Positions 63,701 through 64,000 of a DNA stretch of 64,000 bases are shown here, one piece after another. Position numbers and translations under genes: made by a program. The notes below the pieces were generated by a model, which did no database searches, was not told the origin of the DNA, and saw only the letters and a list, made by a program, of their open reading frames with translations. How positions within the stretch are numbered: the stretch's first letter is position 1; each line of letters begins with the position of its first letter. The stretch spans positions 191,555-255,554 of the forward strand of contig NMRA01000273.1 of NCBI GenBank assembly GCA_002633005.1, in the 5' to 3' direction. The stretch is from Phoronis australis (taxonomy: Eukaryota > Animalia > Phoronida).

Positions 63701-64000
63701 CTAGCTGACAGTTCTCTGCATGCATCTCATTTAGTCGATCGTTCAACTTACTTCGCTCCTCCTCCAGCTTTTCCACATTCATTTCACGCTCTCTTTGCTG
63801 TGCCCTCTCGTGGTCGGCTTTGAGATTGCTAAGTTCTACTGCCGAAGATGCCAGCTGCTCTTGCAAATCATTAGTATTTGCTTGCAGCTTGGCAATATTT
63901 TCCAAAAGGGATTCCTTTTCCTTCTCCAAAGACACTACTGCAGCATCACTCTGCTGCTTTGTGAACTCAAGTTGCTCAACAATGTCAACTTTTTCAGCGA
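54533..64000 (-). CDS. CENPF: Centromere protein F (CENP-F/mitosin)-like giant coiled-coil protein, 3' part; 11 exons, 5' end outside the window
   Basis: Exons 64000-63594, 63207-62641, 62332-62111, 61801-60593, 59951-59811, 59090-58902, 58282-58135, 57761-57426, 56641-56544, 55976-55908, 54742-54533. All introns are GT-AG with compatible phases, ~1,200 aa. Heptad-rich, with a CENP-F-type leucine zipper, the GLPEDVSKGFADIPLAKPSPFVLRRST motif and C-terminal EENCKVQ (human CENP-F ends SENCKVQ). Confidence 0.9.
55908..55976 (-). CDS. CENPF: CENP-F-like small exon (SLDSSNQPPRTRSQVSAGAPVKT)
   Basis: Acceptor TTTGCAG|TCA, donor ACA|GTACGT, 23 codons, phase 0-0. Confidence 0.7.
56544..56641 (-). 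CDS. CENPF: CENP-F-like exon (G)FADIPLAKPSPFVLRRSTL...
   Basis: Acceptor TTTTCAG|GA, donor GCG|GTAAGC. Completes the CENP-F C-terminal Rb-binding-type motif. Confidence 0.88.
57426..57761 (-). CDS. CENPF: CENP-F-like S/K/R-rich C-terminal exon ending ...EIPGLPEDVSK(G)
   Basis: Acceptor TTTGCAG|GT, donor G|GTGAGT, phase 1-1. Confidence 0.85.
58135..58282 (-). CDS. CENPF: CENP-F-like leucine-zipper exon (LREQLDSKVREAKENMDKYYDALKKNKKLESTNLTLSTRVKAL)
   Basis: Acceptor TTACAG|GAA, donor G|GTAGGG (phase 1). Resembles the human CENP-F segment LEEKTKEADEYLDKYCSLLISHEKLEKAKEMLETQVAHL, recalled from memory. Confidence 0.82.
58902..59090 (-). CDS. CENPF: CENP-F-like exon (63 codons, METLKEKL...TSKAK)
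   Basis: Acceptor GACAG|ATG, donor AAG|GTAGGC, phase 0-0. Confidence 0.82.
59811..59951 (-). CDS. CENPF: CENP-F-like exon (47 codons, KLTTLEAECSGL...KYKTE)
   Basis: Acceptor CTATAG|AAG, donor GAG|GTGAGA, phase 0-0. Confidence 0.82.
60593..61801 (-). CDS. CENPF: CENP-F-like large coiled-coil exon (403 codons)
   Basis: Acceptor TTTATAG|ACG, donor GAG|GTACTG; corresponds to the 443-aa ORF-track entry. Confidence 0.88.
62111..62332 (-). CDS. CENPF: CENP-F-like coiled-coil exon (74 codons)
   Basis: Acceptor CTGCAG|GAG, donor CAG|GTAGGG, phase 0-0. Confidence 0.85.
62641..63207 (-). CDS. CENPF: CENP-F-like coiled-coil exon (189 codons)
   Basis: Acceptor TTTACAG|GTT, donor CAG|GTATAG, phase 0-0. 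Confidence 0.85.
63594..64000 (-). CDS. CENPF: CENP-F-like coiled-coil exon (truncated by window edge)
   Basis: Open frame to the edge, E/L/Q/K-rich; donor CAG|GTGAGT. Confidence 0.85.

Overview
Eukaryotic (animal, apparently invertebrate) genomic DNA. It is AT-rich and has spliceosomal GT-AG introns, so most ORF-track entries are spurious. Three genes can be supported, all on the minus strand. (1) A complete two-exon TIS11/ZFP36 (tristetraprolin-family) tandem-CCCH gene, CDS 46387-46328 + 46061-45099, 340 aa, with its promoter and an ARE-containing 3' UTR. (2) A tRNA-Arg(ACG) gene at 50160-50088. (3) The 3' ~1,200 codons (11 exons, 64000->54533) of a giant coiled-coil protein. It has the CENP-F C-terminal leucine zipper, the GLPE..KGFADIP..SPFVLRR motif and a terminal CKVQ CaaX box, i.e. 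a CENP-F (mitosin) orthologue. The first ~44 kb has no convincing gene. It holds many non-autonomous DNA transposons (one TA-flanked element carrying a decayed HIRAN-like ORF nested in a long-TIR element, a foldback-like element, a 3-copy Harbinger-like family, a THAP relic), a 43-bp minisatellite, and clusters of AP-1/CRE/MEF2/ETS motifs. A GC-rich, highly self-complementary ~510-bp island next to the tRNA is unexplained. Three direct duplications each abut a single 'n' and are probably assembly artefacts. All coordinates and family assignments were read by eye, without database searches.
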